Assembly: GCA_963745835.1 (NCBI GenBank)
Contig: CAVUZH010000003.1
Location: forward strand, 672,001-736,000
Length of the DNA stretch: 64,000 nt
Direction: 5' to 3'
Source of the DNA: an uncultured delta proteobacterium
GTDB taxonomy: Bacteria > Desulfobacterota > Binatia > UBA9968
Shown here: in pieces, positions 52,127 through 61,489 of the stretch
How the letters are laid out: each line of letters begins with the position of its first letter
Numbering within the stretch: position 1 is the stretch's first letter
Translations under genes and position numbers: made by a program
Notes under the pieces: model-generated
The model's database searches: none
Told to the model about the DNA's origin: nothing
Seen by the model: only the letters and a program-made list of their open reading frames with translations

Positions 52127-53560
52127 TTAACGATATCCAATCAGTGCGAGGGATTCTGTGGAGGCGATAATCTCGAGCTGCAAATACGGGTGCTTACTTG
52201 CAAACTTGGATGCCTCAGAATTGAACGTCAAACAGAGAAAAGGTTGGCCTTGCGCAAATAGCCGCTCCAGTTCGCTCTCTCCAATAGATTGGACCTGATC
52301 AGCGAGATAAAAGCGCAACGCAGGTTCCGACAGTCCAAACGAATAAAGCAGTGAAACACGGCCGTTCGCGAAGACTGGCGCGGTTGTTAAGGAACGAACC
52401 TCGGGGCTGAAATGGACGAGGTCCGCGGTTTCCACAAACCGACCGCGGCCAAACATGATGCCGGGCAGTGCGAGGAGAGTAGTGATTGCGAGCAGGGTAA
52501 CGAGTGCCCGGGTGTTCTGGATGAATCTTGTGATACCGAGCGCTGCCGTAAGCGCTGCAACTGGATAAACCGGCGTAACGTACCCGCCGATTTTAGTTCC
52601 TTGCACGCTGACGATCGCGAAGGCAGCCAACGTCAGTACGCTGGTCGCTGCGAGCAAGCGATCGCGCCTGACGATTGCGAGACTTACGGCAAGTGCTGTT
52701 CCAGCCGCATGGAAAGGAGCGAGGAACCCGGCCTTTTGAAAATAGGTATCCAGATAATAAAACGAACTCCCCTCGTGACCCTCGAGCGGCGAAACGAAAC
52801 GAGCCAAGATATGGAAGCCCAAGTATTGGTCAACGAACGAATCGCCGTAGGTCAAGGCCAGCCAAGCGTGCCAGGGCAGTGCAATCGCAATGGCTACGAT
52901 CGCCGCGAGCCAGATCTCCCGCGAACGAAGAAAACCGAGACCGTGCTGTGCAATGGCGATTGCCAGCAGCCCGGGGAGAAAGAGAAAGGCGGCGACGGAT
53001 TTGGTGAGAATGGCAATCCCGAACGCTGCGCCGGCTGCCATCATCAGAGAGGATCGCCCGTTGGCGTATAAAAGCAGAACGACCGAAAGCATTCCCAAGG
53101 TCGCGAGCGGAACGTCGGTCATGGCCATGCGGCTATAGGCGACAAACTGAGGGACACCCAGCAGTAAGACCGCGGCCAACACGCCTGCCGTGCGGCTGCC
53201 TAAGCGCCGCCCGGCCAAGTACTGAAGCACGACGGCAGCTATTCCGCAGAACGCGCTCGGCAGGCGCAGGGCGAACTCTGTTAGGCCAAAGAGCGAAGAG
53301 CTGGCGGCCATGAGCCAGAATGCAAAGGGCGGTTTCTCGAACCAGAGGCGATCGCCATAACGAAGAGTCAGGCCAGGGTCGGCGAGGAGTTCGCGAGTCA
53401 GCACCCCGTAGATCGCTTCGTCCCAATTGGCTAAGCTTTGCACCCCGAGTTCAGGGAGTATGACGATCGCGGCGATGACAGCAACGCCGGCCGCTATGGC
53501 GAAGTCCCTACGGTCGAAGGCACTTGAATCGAGTCGAGAGTGGCTGGCGGCGGATTTCAT
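52127..53560 (-). CDS. ArnT/GT39 (PMT_2) membrane glycosyltransferase
   Basis: WDEAIY, FEKPPF, EFALRLPSA, AMTDVP and LTKS motifs. Confidence 0.85.
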   Translation of the reverse strand: MKSAASHSRLDSSAFDRRDFAIAAGVAVIAAIVILPELGVQSLANWDEAIYGVLTRELLADPGLTLRYGDRLWFEKPPFAFWLMAASSSLFGLTEFALRLPSAFCGIAAVVLQYLAGRRLGSRTAGVLAAVLLLGVPQFVAYSRMAMTDVPLATLGMLSVVLLLYANGRSSLMMAAGAAFGIAILTKSVAAFLFLPGLLAIAIAQHGLGFLRSREIWLAAIVAIAIALPWHAWLALTYGDSFVDQYLGFHILARFVSPLEGHEGSSFYYLDTYFQKAGFLAPFHAAGTALAVSLAIVRRDRLLAATSVLTLAAFAIVSVQGTKIGGYVTPVYPVAALTAALGITRFIQNTRALVTLLAITTLLALPGIMFGRGRFVETADLVHFSPEVRSLTTAPVFANGRVSLLYSFGLSEPALRFYLADQVQSIGESELERLFAQGQPFLCLTFNSEASKFASKHPYLQLEIIASTESLALIGYR

Positions 53561-53893
53561 ATCCGCGGCTTTAACCGAGTTTCAACTCATCATCTGCTTT
53601 AACGAGTTGCAATGTAGCCGTCAGTTTTGAGCTTGGCAAAGAGACGACGGCGACTTCTTTTGATTTCACTACAGTGAGCTCATCGGCATGCGGGGCCTTC
53701 TTTGTGTTATCATTCGGTCGTCGAGTGTAGTGAGACGTTCGGCATCTCCGTGAACATAGCTGATGGTTTATTGCGGGTCACCATAGCTAGCCCCTGGGAG
53801 TTCGGCAAAGCGTCATCGGTAAACTGATTGATCGAAGTTAGGAGGAGAGAAGTACAGATAACCAGAAGCGTATCCATCAGCCTTTCCTCTTGG

Positions 53894-55864
53894 TCAATCG
53901 CCTGCCAGTCGTACAGGACGCCATTGTGAGGGATCTTGCATGGACTGAACGGGTGGAAGTCCGCTCCATGACATCCAGCGGGAGCGATGCCAGGCTGTGG
54001 CAGCGAGCTCCATTCGTAGATGTCCCTGTGGAGTCGACTCCGTTATGCCGAGCGCTCGCCAAGGTAGCGCGACCTCAACAGTGATACGCGGCTGATCACT
54101 TCCGAAGTAGGTCGTCACTGCTCCCGGCACGGGCTGACAGGAGACCTGGTCCGCGACACACAACTGGGGACGCATCATCGGCGCGCCGCTTTTGGGAAAC
54201 ACTCGAGGAGGAACGATATAAAGCGTAAAGCGACGTGCTCCGCCTCCCGCATCTACGCCCCAATCGATGCGAAAGGCATCCTGCAGCGGGAATTCGCCGT
54301 CGTAAGCGAGGAGATCGGAATCGTAATAATCCATCGCGATCATGGCCAAGTGTAAGCCATTGGCACTCCACGCCAAGTAGAAATCCCCGAAAGGTATTTC
54401 GGGCTCGGGTGCAATCAGCGGGGTGATCAAGGCTCGCTGTTTCGGCCATTCTTCGAGGGAGCGATCTCGCGCATCGATCGCCGCGTGAGGAATCTGCCAT
54501 GGGCTCGCCCAATTGGGCACGGCAGTTTCAGGTCCCTGCTGATGGAGGTCAGCAAAGCGAGGATTGATGCGACTGAAGGCCTCGGTGAGCCGCTCATAGG
54601 GACGGTCGTTGATGTCTATCAGCCCAAAGTTATAATCCTCGCCGTCCTCACGCCCGCCATACGGATGGTCATAATACTGAAACCAGTGGAGTCCGACGAT
54701 CTGTGGCTCGCGGGCGAATCGCTGGGCCGCCACCATTGCGCCATGAGTACGCTCCGTCTGCGTTGGCACGGTCATTAGATGGCCGTTATTTAGATTGCCG
54801 GAGCGATTTTCGTCTGCGGCAAAAAACCACTCGGAAATTAGAATGGGCTTGCCCGGGGCGAGCTGTCGCAGACCATCAAAGAAATACCGGGCGAGCCATC
54901 CGTCAGGGCTATCAACGTTATAGTTCGTGGATATAACATCGACATGCTGCACCATTGTCCGCACCGCGACCGGATCGTAATAGATAGGCAGGCGATCTCC
55001 CAGTATCAGAGCGTCAGGATCGGCCGCACGAATCGCTTCATGAGCTAGCCGATAGTAGAGCGCAGTGATGATTCCCGTCCATCGGCGAATAAATTGGATT
55101 CCCGCACCCCCAGGTCGCAACTGAGTGGCATGCGTGTGGTGAAGCAAATCCCTAAACGAGGCCGTGCCTTGAGGCGGCACAAAGTCGTGCGTGAAGCTCT
55201 CCCAATTATCGCCGTAATGCTCGCGTAGTCGAGCGATAAGCTGCTGCTTGGTGTGATTGGTGGCGGGCTGCTTGAGATAATATAAAAACAGAGCGCCATT
55301 CCACCAGCCGACTTCATTGTCGATAAAATAGCCAATGCGGTAAGGGTTGCCTTTGTAGGGAGCAACCAGGCGGCGTGCCCACGCATGCATGCGCTCGGCG
55401 GTGGCGGGATCAAAGGGATCAAACCAGTGAAAGCGGGCGCTGCGCCCCAACTCGAGATCCGGAGTGATTGGCAGCCCTAAGATCGTGGGATGGAGGGACC
55501 ATCCACCGGCAGTGTTAAAGCCCCAGGTTAATACCCGTTGCCGCGCCGTTCGCGCCCAGTCTTCCAAGTCAGGATAGAAGATCCCCCAATGGTAAGCGAT
55601 ACGCCCGTTGGAAAACCGCTGCGGCTCGCCGCCATCTATGGCATTGATCCCGACTGAAAAGAAGCGCTCGCCACATGGTGTAACCAACCAATGCACGCCA
55701 CTATCGATCGTCGTCCCCCAGCGCGAATGAGGCGCCTCTCGCAGGTCTCTGCAAACCACCGCCGAGCTGCTCGAACCGATCATCCGAGGGGCTGTGCAGG
55801 CCACCATCAGAGCGCTGGAAAGGAGCATGCCGATGCTCGGCACTAGCCAGCGAGGAACTATCAC
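53894..55864 (-). CDS. Lipoprotein glycoside hydrolase (clan GH-A, agarase-like) with a C-terminal beta domain
   Basis: LMVA-C lipobox, WGFNTAGGWS, IGYFIDNE, ISEW, WFQYYD and NFGL; GTGA overlap with the upstream gene. Confidence 0.7.
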   Translation of the reverse strand: MIVPRWLVPSIGMLLSSALMVACTAPRMIGSSSSAVVCRDLREAPHSRWGTTIDSGVHWLVTPCGERFFSVGINAIDGGEPQRFSNGRIAYHWGIFYPDLEDWARTARQRVLTWGFNTAGGWSLHPTILGLPITPDLELGRSARFHWFDPFDPATAERMHAWARRLVAPYKGNPYRIGYFIDNEVGWWNGALFLYYLKQPATNHTKQQLIARLREHYGDNWESFTHDFVPPQGTASFRDLLHHTHATQLRPGGAGIQFIRRWTGIITALYYRLAHEAIRAADPDALILGDRLPIYYDPVAVRTMVQHVDVISTNYNVDSPDGWLARYFFDGLRQLAPGKPILISEWFFAADENRSGNLNNGHLMTVPTQTERTHGAMVAAQRFAREPQIVGLHWFQYYDHPYGGREDGEDYNFGLIDINDRPYERLTEAFSRINPRFADLHQQGPETAVPNWASPWQIPHAAIDARDRSLEEWPKQRALITPLIAPEPEIPFGDFYLAWSANGLHLAMIAMDYYDSDLLAYDGEFPLQDAFRIDWGVDAGGGARRFTLYIVPPRVFPKSGAPMMRPQLCVADQVSCQPVPGAVTTYFGSDQPRITVEVALPWRALGITESTPQGHLRMELAATAWHRSRWMSWSGLPPVQSMQDPSQWRPVRLAGD

Positions 55865-56520
55865 TTGCCCTGCTTTCCCTCCTCGGGCTTGCAATAGAGC
55901 GTCATGAGTACCTCGAATTCAACCCCTCGCTTGGTCGCAGTATGAATTTTTTCGCTCTCGATCGTGTAGCCCACGTTGACAAATAAATCTCGGTACGTGC
56001 GAATGATCCAGGGACGGAGGAGCCAGTCCTCACTCTCATCCATACTATTGGCGAGCATCAAGCGGCCGCCACTGCGTGTCGCCTCGAAAAGCTGCACGGC
56101 AAGCCAAGCCACATCAAAAAATGGATAGAGCCAGCCCAGGTAACATATCGTTTCGGTAAACACGACGAGATCCCAGGGTCCATCGACCTGCGGCTTGTAC
56201 TCCATGATATTGGCTACGCGAAAATCGACTTGCGTCTGACTCGTGCTTAGTGAACGCGCCCGTTCAATGGCCGTCTGCGAGATGTCGAGACCAACAATGT
56301 GATCGGCGTGCGGAGCAAGCATACGCGTGAGATAGCCGGCGCCGCATCCGATCTCAAGCACCCGACGGTAACGCCTGCCGTCGATCATTTTGAGCAGCTC
56401 TGCACATCGATCCCGCTCATAAGCCGAATTTTCCAAATCCCATGGATCACCGCGTTCCCACAGGCCCTCCATGAAATTTCGTATCTTCTGATCGACCAGT
56501 TCGCGCTCCGTTATCATCAT
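55861..56520 (-). CDS. NodS-like SAM-dependent methyltransferase
   Basis: DPWDLENSAYE, VLEIGCGAG, LDISQTA and ETICYL. Confidence 0.8.
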   Translation of the reverse strand: MMITERELVDQKIRNFMEGLWERGDPWDLENSAYERDRCAELLKMIDGRRYRRVLEIGCGAGYLTRMLAPHADHIVGLDISQTAIERARSLSTSQTQVDFRVANIMEYKPQVDGPWDLVVFTETICYLGWLYPFFDVAWLAVQLFEATRSGGRLMLANSMDESEDWLLRPWIIRTYRDLFVNVGYTIESEKIHTATKRGVEFEVLMTLYCKPEEGKQGK

Positions 56521-56533
56521 TACTCCTTTTGGC

Positions 56534-57394
56534 TCATGGCTTGCGGAAGACTTGATGGCCCCAAAGCCACTCATCGCGCCAGACACTGACGAAGCCAAGT
56601 GCGCGCATACGTTCGAAGGTGGGCTCAAAATCGTACACGATGTGCTGAGGCCGATCCTCGTCAGGGTCTGCCGAAATCCGTCCGTAGAGAAAACCGCCTG
56701 GCTTGAGCGCATTCCAGAGCTTCTCGGCCGTTTCCACTGGGTCGGCCAAATGTTCGAAAACATCCATAGCCGTAATAAAATCGAACGACTCGCTGGGGAG
56801 GTGACAACTCTTGAGGTCGACGTATCGAGCAGGCAATTTCCTGAGACCTAGTCGCCAGGCGCTGAAGCGAAGCAAAGAGGAACTAATGTCCGCCAGAGTG
56901 GTTTGTAGCCCATGAGATGCGAAGAGAAGCCCGCCGGCTCCCACACCGGCGCCGAAGTCGAGGTAACTCTTGCAGCCATGCCGCTGGGCAAAGCGCAATG
57001 CTAAGACATAGGCGAGCGGCGAAAGATCGTCGCCAAGGGCGTGCCACCACATGAGCTCGTGCAGCATGGCCGGACTCTCATCGTAAAACTGTTCAATGGA
57101 CTGCCGATTCTCTGAGAGGACCTTGTTCTCCCACTCACGCTTGAGGTTGGCTACAGCCTGCTCGCACCGGCGCCGGACCTCAGCGAGGTCGGAGCATTGC
57201 GTGTAGCTGCCGAGCTCAGACAAAAGACTCTCACGTAAATCCTCGTGCGCAGGCAGGATCAGCGAGCGTGTCCACGTTTGCCGGAACTCGGCAACGGCGC
57301 GGTCGTATTCGCGAGTGTAGTCTTCATGGGAATGTTCACGGCGCTCCACTGACTCCCAACAATCTTTCAAGTGCTCGGGCAGTAACTTCTCCAT
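56534..57394 (-). CDS. Class I SAM-dependent methyltransferase
   Basis: LDFGAGVG, ADIS, DVFEHLADP and LKPGG. Confidence 0.85.
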   Translation of the reverse strand: MEKLLPEHLKDCWESVERREHSHEDYTREYDRAVAEFRQTWTRSLILPAHEDLRESLLSELGSYTQCSDLAEVRRRCEQAVANLKREWENKVLSENRQSIEQFYDESPAMLHELMWWHALGDDLSPLAYVLALRFAQRHGCKSYLDFGAGVGAGGLLFASHGLQTTLADISSSLLRFSAWRLGLRKLPARYVDLKSCHLPSESFDFITAMDVFEHLADPVETAEKLWNALKPGGFLYGRISADPDEDRPQHIVYDFEPTFERMRALGFVSVWRDEWLWGHQVFRKP

Positions 57395-58218
57395 CACTCC
57401 TCGTGCTTACGCGGGCGTATCGAATGTTCACCGAAATTCGAACTAGGTGTGCTCCTCGAAGACCGACGTTCGCGGCCTTGTGAAAGATTGGCAAACGAAC
57501 GGAGCGCGATTCCGTTGTCCGTTAGCGCGGCTCGTACCCGGGGGTCACACAAAATCTTGAGCTCCTCCAGACGTTCCTGAGAATACAACGTTTCCACGTC
57601 GCACTCCGCCGCCGGATGGCATGCCAGCTCTGTGTAACCCGCCGGCAGCGTTTCCAAAATACGAATGAGGCCGTCGACGCTGATCACGTCACGCAGGGTC
57701 GTACCGTCGTCTGCTTGCCCATAGAAGCTGCCGCAATAGCTGACTTCCCGAGAGCAATTTCGGAGCGGAACTCCGAGGCGCTCGGCGATTTCCACGACGA
57801 TAATGCGGGCGGGCTCGCGCAGATGAACGTGCTGGTGCGAGTCGAGATGGGTCGGAGCATGTCCCACCAGGCGATCGAACATGCCAAGTTGCCGGGAGAT
57901 TTCGTCTCGCACCGTACTCTCATTCTGCACCGGAACTACGCTGTAGAGGGGCACCCATTCTCCGGCGCGCAAAATCTGTTCGCCGAGATCGATATGCAAC
58001 CCAAGGCTTAGGCGCGGATGTCTGCGCGCATCAGCGGCCGCTTCAGCGGCAGCCGGCCAGCGCACCATCAGGCTCGCGCTGGTGACGATGCCGTCGCGAT
58101 GCGCGGTGATGATGCCGCGGTTGATTCCGCGACTCTGGCCAAAATCATCGGCGTTGACAATTAAGTATTTGGCGCGAGTGGTTGCCTCGGAATGTACGCG
58201 ATTTTCAGATTCTGCCAT
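57394..58218 (-). CDS. ChbG/YdjC/HpnK family carbohydrate deacetylase
   Basis: LIVNADDFG, GLH, HLDSHQHVH and ELACHP. Confidence 0.92.
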   Translation of the reverse strand: MAESENRVHSEATTRAKYLIVNADDFGQSRGINRGIITAHRDGIVTSASLMVRWPAAAEAAADARRHPRLSLGLHIDLGEQILRAGEWVPLYSVVPVQNESTVRDEISRQLGMFDRLVGHAPTHLDSHQHVHLREPARIIVVEIAERLGVPLRNCSREVSYCGSFYGQADDGTTLRDVISVDGLIRILETLPAGYTELACHPAAECDVETLYSQERLEELKILCDPRVRAALTDNGIALRSFANLSQGRERRSSRSTPSSNFGEHSIRPRKHEE

Positions 58219-58232
58219 TGCGTCGCCTTGAT

Positions 58233-59564
58233 CTACAAGCCTGCTTCGATCATCACCTGCCGGAGGAGCTTTTCAGCATCGAAATACTCCGCGGCAATTT
58301 CTTTGGCAGCCTGGGAATGGCTCGGGTAATCACTGTTGATGGCCTCAATGGCAGGAGGGATATCCTCGAGTTTCTGAAACGCATATAAACCGAGGCCCGT
58401 GGGAATGGACTTGCTGAAAGCCGTCTCCTGAGTGATCACTGGCTTGCCGGCGGCGAGATAGCAGGCGCTCCGCTCGCTGAACCAACCACTACGCAAGCGC
58501 ACGTTCATATCCTTGGCCACCGTGAGCTCGCCTCGCGACCCCCAGATATACGCGCGGTAACTCTCCAGGGTCTCGGAGACCTGATACGCATCTTCGACAC
58601 GCCACCCGTAGCCTTGGAGCATCTGCACGGTAGCGGGATCATCTATGGCCAAGGCCAGGGAAAATTCCTGAGCCGTGCGCCTGGGCAACTCGAGGAGTTT
58701 TAAAAACTCGTGATGCTTGCTCCAAGAGTAACGTTCGCCGTCATATTCCAGGTCTTTGACAGACTGATCCCAATGGCCAATAGTCGTAAAGTAGCGCGCC
58801 GCCGGATTACAGGGCGACTCCCAACAATCGAGGAGGACTGGGGAACGGGTAGGCTTATACTCAAAGGATTGCAGCGGAACACCGCAGTCCGACGCGCCGT
58901 AGTTGGTTCCCCACGTGAACAGCGCCGTGTGGGCTGACACGAGATCGATGTATCTTTGTTCACCGTTGGCGATGCGGAGCTGATGCACTACCGGATCGGT
59001 TTCAAGATAGATCCGGATCGGACATCTCATGTGCTCTTCGCGCAGGATCGTTCCGCCGAAGAGATTGATGATGGCGTCGGCGCGGGCGTATAAATCTTTC
59101 ACCTGAAGCTCTGAGAGACCGTAGCACCGGTTGTCACTATGCGCGGCGACATAGGCCCATTTATTCTCAAAGCCAAAGCGGTTCAGCAGATTGCTGATAT
59201 AGGTCACCGGAAACGTGCAATCATCGGTAGTGGCATTAAAAGGCCATACCGCAGTCGCTTCGACATAGTAGACGTCGTAACCGAGGCGACGAAGTGCGAT
59301 GAGATGCTGCAGGGTATTCCAAGCCACACCGGTTCCGGCCACAGGTAGACAGCCCATAATCCCTAAAACCACAACGACCTTTGGCTTGACGGCATGCACG
59401 CGGTCTCTTTTCCTTTCAACTCTTTCGAAAGATCGATTAATGGGAGGCAACATTGCGGCGCGGTCCACAGCTTCGGGCAGCGCGGTCGCACCTCTCCGAT
59501 GTGAAAGTGGCGGGAGGTCGCTACCCGGTGTGCGCTTTCTCACAGGGCGATCAGCCGCGACCAT
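58233..59564 (-). CDS. GT-B-fold glycosyltransferase-like protein (paralog 4)
   Basis: LGYDVYYVE, ETDPV and SGWFSERSACYLAAGKPVITQET. Confidence 0.7.
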   Translation of the reverse strand: MVAADRPVRKRTPGSDLPPLSHRRGATALPEAVDRAAMLPPINRSFERVERKRDRVHAVKPKVVVVLGIMGCLPVAGTGVAWNTLQHLIALRRLGYDVYYVEATAVWPFNATTDDCTFPVTYISNLLNRFGFENKWAYVAAHSDNRCYGLSELQVKDLYARADAIINLFGGTILREEHMRCPIRIYLETDPVVHQLRIANGEQRYIDLVSAHTALFTWGTNYGASDCGVPLQSFEYKPTRSPVLLDCWESPCNPAARYFTTIGHWDQSVKDLEYDGERYSWSKHHEFLKLLELPRRTAQEFSLALAIDDPATVQMLQGYGWRVEDAYQVSETLESYRAYIWGSRGELTVAKDMNVRLRSGWFSERSACYLAAGKPVITQETAFSKSIPTGLGLYAFQKLEDIPPAIEAINSDYPSHSQAAKEIAAEYFDAEKLLRQVMIEAGL

Positions 59565-60714
59565 TCATCGCCTCCTCCACGAAATCTGTGAGCACCGTCG
59601 TCGCATCGAAATACTCTACAGCGATCTCACGGGCAGCCTTAGCATGCCGCTCATAGTTCGCTTCGATCTCTTTGATCGACGTTACCGCCTCCTCCACAGT
59701 GCTGAAGGCGAGGAGGCCCTCGCCTGTAGGAAGGACCGCGCTGAACCCGGTCTCCTGAACGGCGACGGGGCGCCCCGCCGCTAAGTAGCATGCCGATCGA
59801 CAACTGAACCACCCGGGCCGGCCGACGACATAGCCATTCTTCGCGACGCTCCACTCGGCCTTGGACGATTCGATGTAATTGCGATAACTCTCGAGGTCAG
59901 GACAGACCTCGGCCGGATCGACAACGCGCCATCCCTTGCGAGCTAGCAAGTGACGTGGTGTGCGGCGAGTTTTCCCGGCATTGACAGCGATCTCCAGAGC
60001 GGTTGGGGCGATAAGGCGCGGCAACTCCTGAAAGCGTGCGAACTCGAGATCTTTTTGCCCATAACTTCGATCGCCGTAGACGACCGGCTTGTAACTCGTC
60101 CAGTTCATCACGGTAGTGAAAACCTCGCGAAACGGTCTCTCAGGATGCCACTCTGACAGCACGATAGGCTGCCGCGTCGGACGCCATTGATGACCCGTCT
60201 CAGGCACCTCGGGCGAGAGGCATTCGCCGAAACTGAACTGAACATCATGCACATCGATCCATTTGCGAAAATCGAGCTGGCCGCGCGCCAGCTTTACCTG
60301 TGTAAAGACAGGGTCCGAGTCGATATAAGCCAGGCGGTTTACCTGTCGATACTCCTCAGGTCGCTCTAGAGTTCCCGAAACGTTGATGAGCAGGTCAGCC
60401 GAGCGAATGACCTCTTGTCGTTTCACGTCGGCAAGCCCAAACCACTGTGATTGCCACGGAAAGCGATAGGCCCACTGCTCAGCTAGTCCGTAACGCGACA
60501 TGACGCCAGCAAGATATTGAACATTGAAGTCACAGTCCTTGCCGAGCCCGCCTTCTTGCGGGTTGTAAGGCCATTGCCCGGTATCTTCAAGATAGTATAC
60601 ATCGTGACCTAGCTGCGCGAGGCCAAGAACATATTGAAAGTAATCCCAAGTCACACCACCGAGCGGATATTGAGCGATGAGCCCTGTCACGATGATGCGA
60701 AGCTTCGATGTCAC
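59551..60714 (-). CDS. GT-B-fold glycosyltransferase-like protein (paralog 5)
   Basis: GGVTWDYFQY, IDSDPVFTQ and GWFSCRSACYLAAGRP; closest to 41436-42677. Confidence 0.7.
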   Translation of the reverse strand: MTSKLRIIVTGLIAQYPLGGVTWDYFQYVLGLAQLGHDVYYLEDTGQWPYNPQEGGLGKDCDFNVQYLAGVMSRYGLAEQWAYRFPWQSQWFGLADVKRQEVIRSADLLINVSGTLERPEEYRQVNRLAYIDSDPVFTQVKLARGQLDFRKWIDVHDVQFSFGECLSPEVPETGHQWRPTRQPIVLSEWHPERPFREVFTTVMNWTSYKPVVYGDRSYGQKDLEFARFQELPRLIAPTALEIAVNAGKTRRTPRHLLARKGWRVVDPAEVCPDLESYRNYIESSKAEWSVAKNGYVVGRPGWFSCRSACYLAAGRPVAVQETGFSAVLPTGEGLLAFSTVEEAVTSIKEIEANYERHAKAAREIAVEYFDATTVLTDFVEEAMNGRG

Positions 60715-60753
60715 GTGTGGTTCTCTCAGCGGCTACACTCGTCCCGTCGTCAC

Positions 60754-61479
60754 TTATCCGTGCTCGCCTAGTCGTGCCGTATAGCGCCGGAGGATCTCTT
60801 CCTTATCGAGCGTCATCCCATTTTGTGGTTTTTTCCGCACCATGATGCGCGTGCTGCTAGGACGCCACGCGCTATGAGGCTGTTCGTCGCGGACAGAATC
60901 AACGATCTCGAACTGCTCCTGCAGCAGAAGAGCTTCAAGGCTGTCGGCCGAGAACACTGTTGGTTCATCCGGAGTGGGTTCACCGCCAAGATCAACACTT
61001 AAGAATAATGCTCCTTCTTTGTTGAGAATCCGCCTCATTTCTTTCAACGCCACTGCGGGATTATGCATGTGGTCGAGAGCGTTCCGACAGATCACCAGGT
61101 CGGCATAATCAGACAGTAACGGAAGCTCCTCAGCGCCTGTCGATAGATAAACAGTCGCGCTACCGGCTTCATCCGGCATTAGCAACCCCAACTGTTGGTA
61201 AACATAAAGAAGCGGGTCTATTGCAATTTTGAGTCGGGAAGGAAATGTAACCAGGTCACCGCTACAGCCGCAGCCGATGCTAACGACTGTTTTCTCTTCC
61301 AGCCAGGTTGGCTCTTGCTTTAAGTACTTAGCGACCTCTTCAAGCAAAAGTCGGGAGTACGCGCGCCGCTCGGCATCATAAGAGCCGCCAAACTCATCAC
61401 GACCGTATCTCTCGTGATAGAGGAACCAACCAACTTCATCGACATACCGTGGATCTGTAAAGTCCGGTATAAATGGCAC
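60754..61479 (-). CDS. Class I SAM-dependent methyltransferase
   Basis: VSIGCGCSG, IDPL, AEELPL and NALDH; GTG start after AGGAC. Confidence 0.8.
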   Translation of the reverse strand: MPFIPDFTDPRYVDEVGWFLYHERYGRDEFGGSYDAERRAYSRLLLEEVAKYLKQEPTWLEEKTVVSIGCGCSGDLVTFPSRLKIAIDPLLYVYQQLGLLMPDEAGSATVYLSTGAEELPLLSDYADLVICRNALDHMHNPAVALKEMRRILNKEGALFLSVDLGGEPTPDEPTVFSADSLEALLLQEQFEIVDSVRDEQPHSAWRPSSTRIMVRKKPQNGMTLDKEEILRRYTARLGEHG

Positions 61480-61489
61480 GTGTCCTGTC

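Noticed and set aside
53630-53790. Additional AGCT sites as a second phased array
   Set aside because: Sites at 53677, 53758 and 53785 are not at constant spacing.
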